Position numbers and translations under genes: made by a program. The notes under the pieces were generated by a model that searched no databases, was not told where the DNA came from, and saw nothing but the letters and a program-made list of their open reading frames with translations. From positions 928,001 to 992,000 of the forward strand of contig OZ219865.1 in NCBI GenBank assembly GCA_964291675.2: a stretch of 64,000 nucleotides of DNA, written 5' to 3'. Source of the DNA: Alphaproteobacteria bacterium. GTDB taxonomy: Bacteria; Pseudomonadota; Alphaproteobacteria; MPNO01. Every line of letters starts with the position of its first letter. Position 1 is the first letter of the stretch. Of this stretch, positions 63,190 through 64,000 are shown piece after piece.

Positions 63190-63334
63190 TGGGACGGCAA
63201 CCGCCTGACAGTACGCGCCGCCGGCGCGCGACCGTCGGGAGTCGTCCGCGCCGGGATTGCGGAAAAGTTGCCAATCCTCCGGCAAGGCCCAACAATGCCG
63301 GCCGGCTCGCGCCGCCCCCGCCGACAGGTGTCCC

Positions 63335-64000
63335 ATGAACCTCGCCGAATTCTGCCGCGCCATCCCGAAGGCCGAGCTGCACGTCCACTTCACCGGCGCC
63401 GTGCCGCTGGAGACCTTCCTGAAGCTCGCCGCGCGAAACGGCATCGCCCTGCCGCCCCATGACGACCCCGAAGAGCTTTACGCCCGCGGCGAGAATTTCG
63501 ACCGGGTGCTCAAGACGCTCAAGCTGGTCTGCCAGTCCCTGCGCACGGCCGACGATTTCCGCGAGGCGGTCTACGCCACCCAGAAGCACGCCGCGGAGGC
63601 CGGCGTGCGCTATCGCGAGATGTTCTGGAACCCGACCGACCACTGGACCATCGGCGACATCGGCTACGCGGCCTCGGTCGACGGCATGATCGCCGGGCTG
63701 CGCGACGCCGAGGCCGATTTCGGCATCGTGGGACGGCTGATCCCGTCGATCGACCGGGAATCCCCGCCCGAGCTCGGTTACGAGATGGTCGCGGCGGCGG
63801 TCGCCCATCCCCGGGAGGAGACCGTCGGCATCGGCATGGACTATCTGGAGACCGGCCATCCGCCGGAGAAATTCTGGAAGGCCTACCGGCTGGCCGGCGA
63901 GAGCGGCCTGAAACGCACCGCCCATGCCGGCGAGTTCGGCGAGCCGGCGCGCAATATCGAGACCGCGCTCGACCTGCTCGGCTGCGACCGCATCGACCAC
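63335..64000 (+). CDS. Adenosine/adenine deaminase (truncated by window end)
   Basis: MNLAEFCRAIPKAELHVHFTG...YREMFW...TAHAGE...DRIDH. Confidence 0.92.
   Translation, partial: MNLAEFCRAIPKAELHVHFTGAVPLETFLKLAARNGIALPPHDDPEELYARGENFDRVLKTLKLVCQSLRTADDFREAVYATQKHAAEAGVRYREMFWNPTDHWTIGDIGYAASVDGMIAGLRDAEADFGIVGRLIPSIDRESPPELGYEMVAAAVAHPREETVGIGMDYLETGHPPEKFWKAYRLAGESGLKRTAHAGEFGEPARNIETALDLLGCDRIDH

Overview
High-GC chromosomal window from an alphaproteobacterium, judged from the fused trpE(G) with its trpL attenuator, split pntAa/pntAb/pntB, argG-rlmN, gatCAB divergent from ruvX, and yggT-folD. A TmoXWV-like TMAO transporter suggests a marine and possibly host-associated lifestyle (inference). 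The left ~50 kb is mostly accessory. It holds a decayed integrase/AbiEii/RES-Xre module; a sulfatase + flavin monooxygenase + ABC + cupin catabolic cluster; an amide ABC + IaaH-like amidase + LuxR + PaaK-like ligase cluster; copCD; an SDR/cyclase/HisD-homolog cluster; and four type II TA loci, two with broken toxins. A ~4.4 kb degenerate island sits at tRNA-Ala(CGC), bounded by an 81-bp duplication and carrying an intact IS256 with an 8-bp target duplication. The right ~13 kb is largely housekeeping, with REP-like palindromes. No CRISPR array or rRNA was seen. All family calls come from motif recognition by eye, not database searches.
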